Shown here piece after piece: positions 1 through 9,077 of a DNA stretch of 64,000 bases (within the stretch, counting starts at the first letter, position 1; each line of letters starts with the position of its first letter). The stretch spans positions 2,624,001-2,688,000 of the forward strand of contig CAVWVQ010000003.1 of the NCBI GenBank assembly GCA_963758525.1. Reading direction: 5' to 3'. The notes below the pieces were generated by a model. The model was not told the DNA's origin and did no database searches. It saw only the letters and a program-made list of their open reading frames with translations. The position numbers and the translations under genes are program-made. This DNA is from an uncultured Phycisphaerales bacterium. Its GTDB lineage: Bacteria > Planctomycetota > Phycisphaerae > Tepidisphaerales > Tepidisphaeraceae.

Positions 1-474
1 ACTAAAGTGGATCTTCTTCCGAAGAATCTGCGACCAGCCGTTCTCACCCGAAAACCCTCCATTAAGCTGCGGCGGTCGGTGATGGGGTTGGTGGGGCGTG
101 CCGGTGTTTTCACTTTCACGGGTAGGTTGCGGGCCGACGCCCCCTATTGCGCAAGGCACAACACGGTGTTCCAGGGCCTCGCCGCCGACGGGATGAAGCT
201 GGCTCTCTGGCTTCTCTTTCGAGCCGGCTACCGAATCGTGAATGTAATCCACGATCAAGTGCTCGTTGAAGTGCCGGCGAACTCGGACCTCAAGGCACAC
301 GCCGACCGAATCAGGCAACTGATGATCACCGCAATGAAGCTCGTCGTGCCGGATGTCAACATCGACGTGAGCTATGCAGCCACCGACCGTTGGCACAAGG
401 ATGCTGAGGCAGTATTTGCTCCAGGCGGTAAGCAACTGCTCGTGTGGCGGCCTGCCACCGCAGCCTGTGCGTAA
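1..474 (+). CDS. Family A DNA polymerase, C-terminal part (5' end outside window), probably element/phage-type
   Basis: ARHNTVFQGLAADGMKLAL and NVIHDQVLVEV match the PolA NxxxQGxAADxxK motif and motif C (VHDE); frame is open from position 1. Confidence 0.85.
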   Translation, partial: TKVDLLPKNLRPAVLTRKPSIKLRRSVMGLVGRAGVFTFTGRLRADAPYCARHNTVFQGLAADGMKLALWLLFRAGYRIVNVIHDQVLVEVPANSDLKAHADRIRQLMITAMKLVVPDVNIDVSYAATDRWHKDAEAVFAPGGKQLLVWRPATAACA

Positions 475-1424
475 CCATGCGATGGTGGGACGCTGGCGGA
501 GCAAGAATGTTCCCAAGGTAGAAGCAAGAGAGCCACGTCGATCATTGTTCCAGAGCTTGCCCAAAAATAGCGGAACTGAGTTTCCGCGTTCGACGTGCAC
601 GAACCATAAGCTCGGGCCAGCGGCCTGCCGTCCTTCCACGCCGTAGCCAAACTCATCGCCGTGGCTCGATGACCCCGGCATGAATCGCCTCTTCGAGCCA
701 AAGATTGAATTGCTCAACGGGGTCGGGCCTGAGGTTGACGCAACGTAAGCAGCCCTGGCGATACTCAGTGCGTATATCTGCCGGATTCATCGATAGCCAA
801 AAAGTAGCCTCAGGGTGGTTTCAAGTAAACAGAATCGGGCCGACCGAGGGCTGCCGTAACCACGGGGCACCGCACTGAGCCGCCGCATGGCCATGAACCG
901 AGCCGTTAGCGATCCCGCATGCCCGTCGCGACAGCTCATCGCGCGCCCATAGCCACAGCGCGTCGCGCGGCCTCCACGATCGCAAGCCTGAGACGGTCGT
1001 GGTGGATCCTGACCCACCTGGAACAGTGATCACAAAGCGGGAAATCTCCTCGATCAGCGGACGGCTTACACAGTCGGTCGTGTCAGAGGTAACCCCAGGC
1101 GGGCGGTTTTCGCAATGATGCGGGAGGATCGCGGGCTGAGGTATTGAATGCGCCAGGCATGAAACTGACATTACACCGGCCCTTTCATTGACCCTGTAGA
1201 TTCAAAAACCGTTTTTTGAATTTGCCATCAAGCCGGAGCTAGGTGGAAATGCAAGTTGCCGGTTAGACTGAAGTTATGCAGACGCGCGAGACCGATGTCC
1301 GGCGTTCTGTTCTCGACGCTTCGCTGGGTCGCGATGTGCAAACGCCGTCAAGCATGTGGCCGCAACAAGAGCGTTCTCGTGGCAAGCGGGGATCACGGGA
1401 AATGTAGTACAAGGAAACAGAACA

Positions 1425-1760
1425 GTGACGTGGGAAAAACGCGGTAATCACTCGTACGTGTATCGCAGCGCTCGCATGCCTGATGGGCGGGTGAAGAAGG
1501 AGTACATCGGCCACGGCCTGGTCGCCGCCAACGCCGAGCGAGAGGCAGCGATGAGTGTTGCCGCTCGTAAAGCCGATCAAGTGGCAGCCGAGCACCTGCA
1601 TGCGGAGCTTGAGCCCGCGGATCAGCTCACGGATGAGCTGGAGGTGGGAGTAAATCAGCTGGTTGAGGCACACTTACTCGTCGCGGGGTGGCATAAACAT
1701 CACGGGACATGGAGGCATAGACGTGACAGAAACAAGCACAGAGCCGTCCAAGAAAGATGA
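1425..1760 (+). CDS. Hypothetical protein of planctomycete mobile elements (WEKRGxxxYxYRS...RVKKEYIG type)
   Basis: GTG at 1425 after AAGGA; recognisable N-terminal pattern; overlaps next ORF. Confidence 0.6.
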   Translation: MTWEKRGNHSYVYRSARMPDGRVKKEYIGHGLVAANAEREAAMSVAARKADQVAAEHLHAELEPADQLTDELEVGVNQLVEAHLLVAGWHKHHGTWRHRRDRNKHRAVQER

Positions 1761-2391
1761 AAAGCCGAAGTTGTCGCCGCTGCAGGCGGTATTGGAGTTG
1801 GCACGCCGCGGCAAAACTGAGATCCTTCCAGAATTGGCGAAGATTCTGGATCAGCATCCCGAGATCTGGAAAGCTCAAGGAGACCTGGCGCGGTTGGTCG
1901 AGCAGTCGTGGCTGGATCGCATTTGCCGCAAAGACCTTCTCCACGGTCAAAGCGTCCGCCGGCAGCTTGAGGAGATGCGCCGGGAACTGGCGGGCGAAAC
2001 TCCCACACGTCTGGAGCGGGTGGTGGTGGACAGGATTATCGTTGCGTGGCTCGCTGCTCAACATGCAGAGCTGACGGAAGCAACATCCCAGGGTGACGGC
2101 GTCAAGCTCAGCGAACTGTGCCTCAAGCGGATGGAAAGTGCGAATCGCAGGATGCTGGCGGCCGTCCGGTCACTGGCTCAGGTGAGGCGTATGGCAGCGG
2201 GGTTGCGTGTGGAGATCCACCACGCCACCGCAGAGACTGCGCCGTTGCGCCCGGCAGCCGCGGTGCCGCACTGCGTTCAGCCGACTGCGCCGGGCAGTGA
2301 GGGCGCGGCATCAGCACACGATCGGCTCAATGCGTTGTTCGGGCGCGAGGTTGCGGCCGAGAAAGCAATGGTGCAGGAAGTGCCGATATGA
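1723..2391 (+). CDS. Hypothetical alpha-helical protein, element-associated
   Basis: GGAGG RBS at 1711 then GTG 1723; long ORF coupled to the previous gene. Confidence 0.6.
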   Translation: MTETSTEPSKKDEKPKLSPLQAVLELARRGKTEILPELAKILDQHPEIWKAQGDLARLVEQSWLDRICRKDLLHGQSVRRQLEEMRRELAGETPTRLERVVVDRIIVAWLAAQHAELTEATSQGDGVKLSELCLKRMESANRRMLAAVRSLAQVRRMAAGLRVEIHHATAETAPLRPAAAVPHCVQPTAPGSEGAASAHDRLNALFGREVAAEKAMVQEVPI

Positions 2392-2449
2392 CCACTGACG
2401 ACTTGACGGCGGCCGCCTTACGCAACGCACCGGGGATTTTCGATGTAGA

Positions 2450-2854
2450 TCAATCCTTCAGCTTCAGCTCTTCAAACTTCAGCCTCGGATTGATGAGATG
2501 ACCCACACCGTTCTCGATGGGCTTCAGTAAACCATTGACCAAGTCTGCGACCGTAAGATATTCCGCAGGTAGCCATTGATCAGGGTTGGCGTCGTAACGA
2601 GTAACGCGGGAGATGCGGTACAAATCAAGATATTGTTGCCGAACAGATGCAAACGATCCGTTCGTTCGCACCTGGTCATTCCGTTGAGCGTGATCGCATA
2701 CCTGGACGTCGAGACTGTCGAGAGCGGCGTCGATCAGGTGGAGGGCGGTGTAAAAAATAGCGGTGATCTGCCAGTCGCGGTAATTGCCGTCAATGGAACG
2801 GGCAAAACGGCGATTATGCTTCCATTGGTCGATGTGTTCCTGTGCGGTGGCCAT
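2450..2854 (-). CDS. HEPN-domain protein (putative toxin/RNase)
   Basis: EHIDQWKHN...DWQITAIFYTALH...H...SRVTRY pattern typical of small HEPN proteins. Confidence 0.7.
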   Translation of the reverse strand: MATAQEHIDQWKHNRRFARSIDGNYRDWQITAIFYTALHLIDAALDSLDVQVCDHAQRNDQVRTNGSFASVRQQYLDLYRISRVTRYDANPDQWLPAEYLTVADLVNGLLKPIENGVGHLINPRLKFEELKLKD

Positions 2855-2878
2855 TCTCGCAGCGTTCCCCCCACATGA

Positions 2879-3394
2879 TCAGGCTGGCGATTGGCTGACC
2901 CAGACCATCAGCGATGCTTCGCTGACGAATCTATCCATTGATCGTTCAGGAACTTGAAGGCTTTCGACGAGTCCGATCCCGAAATTTCCGCCTAGTTCCA
3001 CCTCAAGCTCTGTCATGCCGCCACCGAGCCGGAGGTCATAGCGAGCAGAGGTCGGCACAAAATAGAAGACCACTTTGTTGGAGCGCACATCCACGAGCGC
3101 AGAGCGAACGGCATCGGCGTGATCGTCACAAAACTTTCTGACGCGGGTGATCGCCGCACGAAAATTTGCAGTCCAGAGCAACTTGTTCTTGAGAAGCCGG
3201 CTGCCCTCGAATAACTGCTGGGCAGTCTGCTCCATCGAAGTGCCGTCAGTTTCGATCAGGCGATATTTCCGATGCGCTTCCTGAGCGTGGATCTCATGTA
3301 CGGTTGCTGCTGCTCGCTCAACTTCCGAGCCCACTTCCGTTCGCGTCTTGTCGCTCATTATACTCATTATCATCGGCATCCATGCCACGATCAC
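2879..3394 (-). CDS. Hypothetical protein, putative antitoxin partner of the HEPN gene
   Basis: Co-oriented, 24 bp upstream of the HEPN ORF; start uncertain. Confidence 0.5.
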   Translation of the reverse strand: MIVAWMPMIMSIMSDKTRTEVGSEVERAAATVHEIHAQEAHRKYRLIETDGTSMEQTAQQLFEGSRLLKNKLLWTANFRAAITRVRKFCDDHADAVRSALVDVRSNKVVFYFVPTSARYDLRLGGGMTELEVELGGNFGIGLVESLQVPERSMDRFVSEASLMVWVSQSPA

Positions 3395-3786
3395 GCGATC
3401 CGTCGACCGCTTTCGGTATGTCCAACAATAGCGACAACGTTACGACTGGTGCCACATGGTGTCAACCTTTATACCGCCGCGTCAGTTATCCAAACGCCAA
3501 TTCGAACGTTAAACTGTGACGGTTATTCCAGTGCGACCTGCTGGACTGCTGTGCCTGGTGTCGAATTGTCGGCCGGGCTCTTGGGCAGTCGCCAGCCATC
3601 CGTCCCCACGGACCACACGCGTCGTGACGGGTGAACTCGATCTCGAAGCTCGCTGGCTCGCTTGACCCTCGACCAAGATGCATTTTTTCATGAATTCTAA
3701 TGCAGCAACAATTCACGCGACGCGACGTTAGTAATTGAGTGGATGTGAACAGGCGACGTGCTCGTGTCCTGTCTGGCGGAGGTCCA

Positions 3787-5547
3787 ATGCGGAAGACGCG
3801 GAAGTGGCGTTTCAACGGCTTGCATTTTGTGGCCGTGGGCATCGTGACCGGGATCTCGTTGCTGCTACCCGCATTAGTTCTGGCTGCGGTCCCGGCAACG
3901 GCCCCCACGGCAGATTCCCCGGCGATCATCGCGAGCGAGAACGCCTGGAGCAGCGATGACGCCGCCCACCTGCTGCGGCGGGCCGGGTTCGGCGGGACTC
4001 CAGCGCAGATCGACGCGCTCCATGAGATGGGCCGTGACGCGGCGGTCGATTACCTTCTGACCGGTCAAACGCCTGCAGGAACGCAGACCGTATTTGCCAA
4101 GACGGATCTGCCAGAGTTCGTCCCGTCCCCGCCGATGGATGCAGTCGCGATCAAAGCTCAGGAGCAGCTGCAGGCCGCCCGAAAGGCAGCTAAGCTGGCG
4201 GCGCAGACCCCGCAAACGCAGCCGGCGCAGGTCGCCACAACCCAGGTCTCCGCGCCGGCCACGACTCAGCCCAACCTGGCTTTGAAGAAGCAGCTCCAGA
4301 AAGCAAACCGCCAGAACGATCGGGGAGATCTCCAGCGCCTTCGGACCTGGTGGGTGGACCGCATGATTCGCACTGACAGCCCGCTGGAAGAAAAGATGAC
4401 TCTCTTCTGGCATGGCCTGTTCACCAGCGGCGAAAAGGAAGTCCGTTCCGCGGCGTTCATGGAGCAGGAGATCGACCTGTTCCACCGCCAGGCATTGGGC
4501 AACTACAAGAAGCTCACCGACGACGTGGTCCATGCTCCGGCCATGCTCAGATACCTGAACAACGAACAAAATGTCGCCGGGAAGCCAAACGAAAACCTCG
4601 CCCGCGAGCTGATGGAATTGTTCACCATGGGCGAAGGACAGGGATACACCGAGGCGGACATCAAAGAAGTGGCGCGTGCATTAACCGGGCTTGCCCCGGC
4701 GGGCGGGAAGGGAGCTGCGGCGGCAAACGACACTGCTGTGGCGCTCCGGCCGAAAGCTCACGACTCGGGCATGAAGACGATCTTCGGAAAGAGCGGCAAC
4801 TTCGGTCCGGACGATGTAGTGAACCTGATCTTCAGTCGCCCGGAACCAGCGCGGCATTTGGCCCGGAAGCTCTGGGAATTCTACGCCTACCCTGATCCCA
4901 GCGATGCCGACCTCGCTCCTGTCGTCACTGCGCTCGAGCAGAATAACTACGAACTCAAACCGGCGCTGCGGGCGCTGTTCACCAGCCCGGCGTTCTACGG
5001 AGAAAAGGCCAAGTTCGCTCTGATCAAAAGCCCAGCCGAGCTGATGGTCGAGGAAGTCCGCGAACTGGGAATCACGCCGAGTCAGGAGCAGGACACTTAC
5101 ATTCAGCTACAGCTCAAGGGCATGGACCAGGAGCTGCTCCAGCCGCCGAACGTGCGCGGCTGGGTCGGTGGTGACAACTGGATCACCGCCGCGACGCTGT
5201 TCACCCGTTACAACGCATGCAGCGCCGTGGTCAACGGCGCGTTTAAGCGTGGAGGCAAAGTTCGGAAGACCAAGGTGATCGATGTGGTCTACGACTCCAC
5301 TGCAACCGCTGGGGCCGTTACCCCGGCAAAGCTCTTCGCATCCCTGGGCGATACCCCGGTGCCCGACAAAGTGGTGGATGCGGCCATCGATCGCTTCCTC
5401 CAGCGGCCTCTCGCCGCCGACAAGCGTGATGCACTGCTCGACGTCATTGGCCGCGAACCATTGCACATGGGTGATGCCGCAAGTGATACGCGCGTTCGTC
5501 AAATGATCTGCCTGCTATTGAGCACCCCCGAGTACCAAGTCCATTGA
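3787..5547 (+). CDS. DUF1800 family protein
   Basis: AAHLLRRAGFG, LEEKMTLFWH, PNENLARELMELFTMG, PPNVRGW, LLSTPEYQ; N-terminal hydrophobic segment. Confidence 0.92.
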   Translation: MRKTRKWRFNGLHFVAVGIVTGISLLLPALVLAAVPATAPTADSPAIIASENAWSSDDAAHLLRRAGFGGTPAQIDALHEMGRDAAVDYLLTGQTPAGTQTVFAKTDLPEFVPSPPMDAVAIKAQEQLQAARKAAKLAAQTPQTQPAQVATTQVSAPATTQPNLALKKQLQKANRQNDRGDLQRLRTWWVDRMIRTDSPLEEKMTLFWHGLFTSGEKEVRSAAFMEQEIDLFHRQALGNYKKLTDDVVHAPAMLRYLNNEQNVAGKPNENLARELMELFTMGEGQGYTEADIKEVARALTGLAPAGGKGAAAANDTAVALRPKAHDSGMKTIFGKSGNFGPDDVVNLIFSRPEPARHLARKLWEFYAYPDPSDADLAPVVTALEQNNYELKPALRALFTSPAFYGEKAKFALIKSPAELMVEEVRELGITPSQEQDTYIQLQLKGMDQELLQPPNVRGWVGGDNWITAATLFTRYNACSAVVNGAFKRGGKVRKTKVIDVVYDSTATAGAVTPAKLFASLGDTPVPDKVVDAAIDRFLQRPLAADKRDALLDVIGREPLHMGDAASDTRVRQMICLLLSTPEYQVH

Positions 5548-5568
5548 ACCTCTCTCCAAAGGTCCGCC

Positions 5569-6945
5569 ATGTCTTCCAACCCCTTTTTTTATTCGCGACG
5601 TGCGTTCCTGAACCAGGGCGTACAGCTTCTGAGCGCTGCTGCAACGTTGCCGCTGTTTCTGGATCGGACATCCCGGGCTCTGGCAGCGGATTTCGCGGCC
5701 AACCCGCAAGGCAATGGCCGGCCGGATAACGTCTTAGTCATCGTGCAGATGGCTGGTGGCAACGACGGTCTGAATACGGTCGTCCCGGTGCGGAACGACG
5801 ACTATTACAAGGCGAGACCAACCTTGGCGATTTCCCGCACGGAAGCCCTCCATGCTACCGATGATTTCGGCTTCCACCCCAGCGCGACCGGGTTCAAAAA
5901 AATGTGGGACGACGGGCACCTGGCGGTCCTCCACTCGGTGGGCTACCCGAATCACAACCGTTCGCACTTCCGCAGCACCGACATCTGGCAGACGGCCGAG
6001 CCGGAGAAGGTGGCGTCATCCGGATGGCTCGGGCGGTACTTTGACGCCTGTTGCTCCGGTGAGGATCCCGGTCATGAACCGCAGCCCAAAGCCGCCGATC
6101 CGAATGCCGCGATCGCCCTGACCGCGGAGCCTCCCACGACGCTCATCGGCAGAAAGTTCATCCCGCTGGCCTTCCGGTCACCCGCCGAGCTGACCTTCTC
6201 CGCCGCAGCCGGCAACGATCGCCTCAAGACTGCCTTCGAGCGCCTGAACAGCGACATCGGGCTGCATGATCCGATCAACGATGCCGACCACATGGCACCG
6301 GGAAGTGGCACCATCCACATTCCCCGCGGCTCCGAAACGTCCGTTCAGACGGATGATTTCCTGCAGCGCTCTGCTCTCAACGCGCGGGTCTACGCCGACA
6401 CGATCAAGCACTCCGTCGCGACCGTGCAGAACAAGGTTGCCTATCCAGCCTCCCCGTTCGCGGTGGAACTCAAGCTGGTGGCCCAGATGATCGCCGCCGG
6501 GCTCCCGACGCGCGTCTACTATGTGCAGATTGGCGGATTCGATACGCACTCGGGCCAGAAGCAGCGTCACGTCAAACTGATGAGTGATCTGAGCGGCAGC
6601 CTGGCGGCGTTCGTCGATGACCTCAAGGCCCTGGGCCACCTCGATCGCACAACCGTCATGACCTTCAGCGAATTCGGCCGTCGCGTCCACGAAAATGGCA
6701 GCGGCACCGATCACGGCGAAGCTGCGCCGCTCTTCGTCATGGGCACCGCCATCAAGCCCGGCTTCCACGGTGCCGACCCGGAACTCCGCCCCGACAAACT
6801 ACACCGCGGCGACGTCCCCTTCGGCCAGGACTTCCGCAGTCTCTACGCCACCATGCTCGGGCAGTGGCTCCGCGCGGACGATGCGAAAGTGCTCGGGCAA
6901 AGTTTCCCGCGACTCGATCTGTTCCAGCAGGAACGCGTGGGATGA
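5569..6945 (+). CDS. DUF1501 family protein (Tat-like leader)
   Basis: SRRAFL leader, GGNDGLNTVVP, RSHF, GGFDTH, FSEFGRR, GTDHG; canonical partner of DUF1800. Confidence 0.92.
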   Translation: MSSNPFFYSRRAFLNQGVQLLSAAATLPLFLDRTSRALAADFAANPQGNGRPDNVLVIVQMAGGNDGLNTVVPVRNDDYYKARPTLAISRTEALHATDDFGFHPSATGFKKMWDDGHLAVLHSVGYPNHNRSHFRSTDIWQTAEPEKVASSGWLGRYFDACCSGEDPGHEPQPKAADPNAAIALTAEPPTTLIGRKFIPLAFRSPAELTFSAAAGNDRLKTAFERLNSDIGLHDPINDADHMAPGSGTIHIPRGSETSVQTDDFLQRSALNARVYADTIKHSVATVQNKVAYPASPFAVELKLVAQMIAAGLPTRVYYVQIGGFDTHSGQKQRHVKLMSDLSGSLAAFVDDLKALGHLDRTTVMTFSEFGRRVHENGSGTDHGEAAPLFVMGTAIKPGFHGADPELRPDKLHRGDVPFGQDFRSLYATMLGQWLRADDAKVLGQSFPRLDLFQQERVG

Positions 6946-7443
6946 GGCTACGGTTCAGACGTCATCGTCTTTCGGATCCGGAACACAAACCGAAATCTTC
7001 TACGTTCTCAACCCAGTATGGGAGCTCGAATGAATTGCCCCTTGACTGATCAAATGACCGAGTACGGAAGTTGCGATGGGGGCGTATCCCGGGCGTTTCC
7101 CATTTTTTCTCAGATTCCAGTTTGCCCACGCTTCAGGCTGCTCGCTCGTCAAATCGTCACGGGTCATGGGGAAGCGTAGGCGATGAATTCACAGCGGGGA
7201 TGTCGAGAAAGCGGGAATAGCTTTGCCACCGTCAAACGCCAACGTATCTTCACCGTCTGGCCCGCAGCTACCCCGTCGAGGTTTCCCCCCCTTTCCTTGG
7301 CACCTACGGGCTTTTTCATGCGCCAAATGTGAAATGCCTTGGGAGATACAGACCCAAGCGCCTCGTCGTGCTTGCTGCTCTGTGGCCAGCTTCAGACCCG
7401 TGTGATGGCGTCATCCTGTGCGTGGCGTGTAAGATCAGTCGTC

Positions 7444-8070
7444 ATGAGCAAATCTCGGATCATCGCCCTGCTTGTCGTCTGTGCGAACGTCACTGCCTTG
7501 GCTGCCGATACGCCAGCGACTGCACCAGCTGCCATATCTGACCTCTCAACGCCCGTGGCAGCCGTCATTACATATTTTCAAGCAGTGGATCGCCATGATG
7601 CCGCCGCCGCCAAAGCAGCAGCAGTGATCGATGCGCAAAACGAGAAGTTCATCGACGGGGTGATCGCCGAGCTTGCCGCACAGCAAAAGTACCGAGACGC
7701 CGCAGTGAAGAAATTTGGCGCTGACAGACGCCTCTCGCATTTAGGCTCCTCAGCGATGCTGATAGGTTTGGCAAAGGACGGTCAAGTTCACGAGAAAGGG
7801 GACGTTGCTGACATCGGCGAGCACGGTGACTTTCCATGCCGGAGATTTGACGGGAAATGGCATCTCGATTTGATTCGTCAAAACGCTGACGGCAAGCTCT
7901 TGGACGAGACAATCCTTTACCTGAGCAAATCCGCTGAGGTCTACAACAGCTTTGCATCTCAAGTTGACACGGGCGACTGGAAGTCATTGGACGAGGTGGA
8001 GAAAGCGAGAATCGCTGCAGCGCCGAAACCGCCAGAGCCGCCAGATTCCAATAACGGATCGCCTTCTTGA
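7444..8070 (+). CDS. Secreted hypothetical protein
   Basis: Signal peptide MSKSRIIALLVVCANVTALA followed by a helical domain. Confidence 0.7.
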   Translation: MSKSRIIALLVVCANVTALAADTPATAPAAISDLSTPVAAVITYFQAVDRHDAAAAKAAAVIDAQNEKFIDGVIAELAAQQKYRDAAVKKFGADRRLSHLGSSAMLIGLAKDGQVHEKGDVADIGEHGDFPCRRFDGKWHLDLIRQNADGKLLDETILYLSKSAEVYNSFASQVDTGDWKSLDEVEKARIAAAPKPPEPPDSNNGSPS

Positions 8071-8148
8071 CGGCGCTGGATGGATTAGCGCTGAAGCCTC
8101 GGACTAAGCCCATCAAGCAATCCTCCTTCAGTATTGGCCAGTTCGTTC

Positions 8149-8523
8149 ATGCTCCAAGAGCATCTCCAACTCAACTACCCGAATCGGCTCCCAGTCTGGC
8201 ATCAACGACGAGCAGTAAAGTGGGCGCTTGCCACGTCAATATTTGCGACGTTGATGTGTGTGCTTTGGTGGACATGGAATTCTGCCCTCGGTGATTGGGT
8301 GAGGTTTAGGTACTGGGAACACCGCTGCGAACGGTATTCGGCGTCGCCTGAGACAATGATATATTCTACTGACCCAGCGGTGCTACGCAGGAACGCCGTC
8401 GTGAATTCGCCATGGCGGTTGCCCGCCTTCTTCGGGGCACGTAGCTCCGTCTTGCCGGTAAAGATGTCGAGTTCGTACAGGGACGGCACTCGGAACTTCC
8501 ACAGCATCCATTCGGGGATGTAG
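8149..8523 (+). CDS. Hypothetical membrane-anchored protein, possibly truncated
   Basis: One TM helix then RFRYWEHRCERYS; the C-terminal part looks degenerate. Confidence 0.4.
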   Translation: MLQEHLQLNYPNRLPVWHQRRAVKWALATSIFATLMCVLWWTWNSALGDWVRFRYWEHRCERYSASPETMIYSTDPAVLRRNAVVNSPWRLPAFFGARSSVLPVKMSSSYRDGTRNFHSIHSGM

Positions 8524-8772
8524 TGCGTGATTTGGCTCTTCGGCTGACTCATGGTGAGACCATCCGTCCAGAAAACCTAGCCTAACCAAAGGTAACAGAC
8601 AGCAGTGAGAGCATGTAGTCGATTGCGACGCAGCACTGACGCAGTGCTGAGTCGCTGGAGTAAAATGGAGTGCCGAATCGGCAAGTGCTACGTTGCGTTA
8701 GTCATTTCGGGGACAGAACGTGCCAGGGACGAGGCCCGCTGCACCCAGAAACAAAGACAAAGGATATGTATC

Positions 8773-8958
8773 ATGGCAAAGGGTTATGACGCGTACTGCG
8801 TATTGCTGGTGTCAGCTAATGAGTTCCCGACAGATGTGATCGGGCGTGCCAGCTTCTACGTGGGCTGCACGCGGGCGATCGAGTATCTCGAAGTGTTCGC
8901 GTACGCGAACAAGGGCCTGGCGGCGGAGATGGAGGAAGCTTTGCGTCGATTGCCATGA
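8773..8958 (+). pseudogene. Remnant of an SF1 (UvrD-like) helicase C-terminus
   Basis: AKGYD...FYVGCTRAIEYL resembles helicase motifs V/VI; the rest of the gene is absent. Confidence 0.6.
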
Positions 8959-9077
8959 AACGCTGATGGGTTCATAAGTATGGCGGCAACGGGGGGAATG
9001 CCGGCTAGATCTTATCTGGCTCGTCACTGCATGAATTCACTTCCGCGTTGCCATTGTTGACACTGCACATCGCGAAA

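Noticed and set aside
3449..3465. TGCCACATGGTGTCA upstream of the HEPN pair
   Set aside because: Spacer is one base shorter than in all eight boxes
8631..8653. Hairpin CAGCACTG-ACG-CAGTGCTG that partly resembles the WYL box
   Set aside because: Right half-site is not GTCA at the correct spacing; not counted as a box
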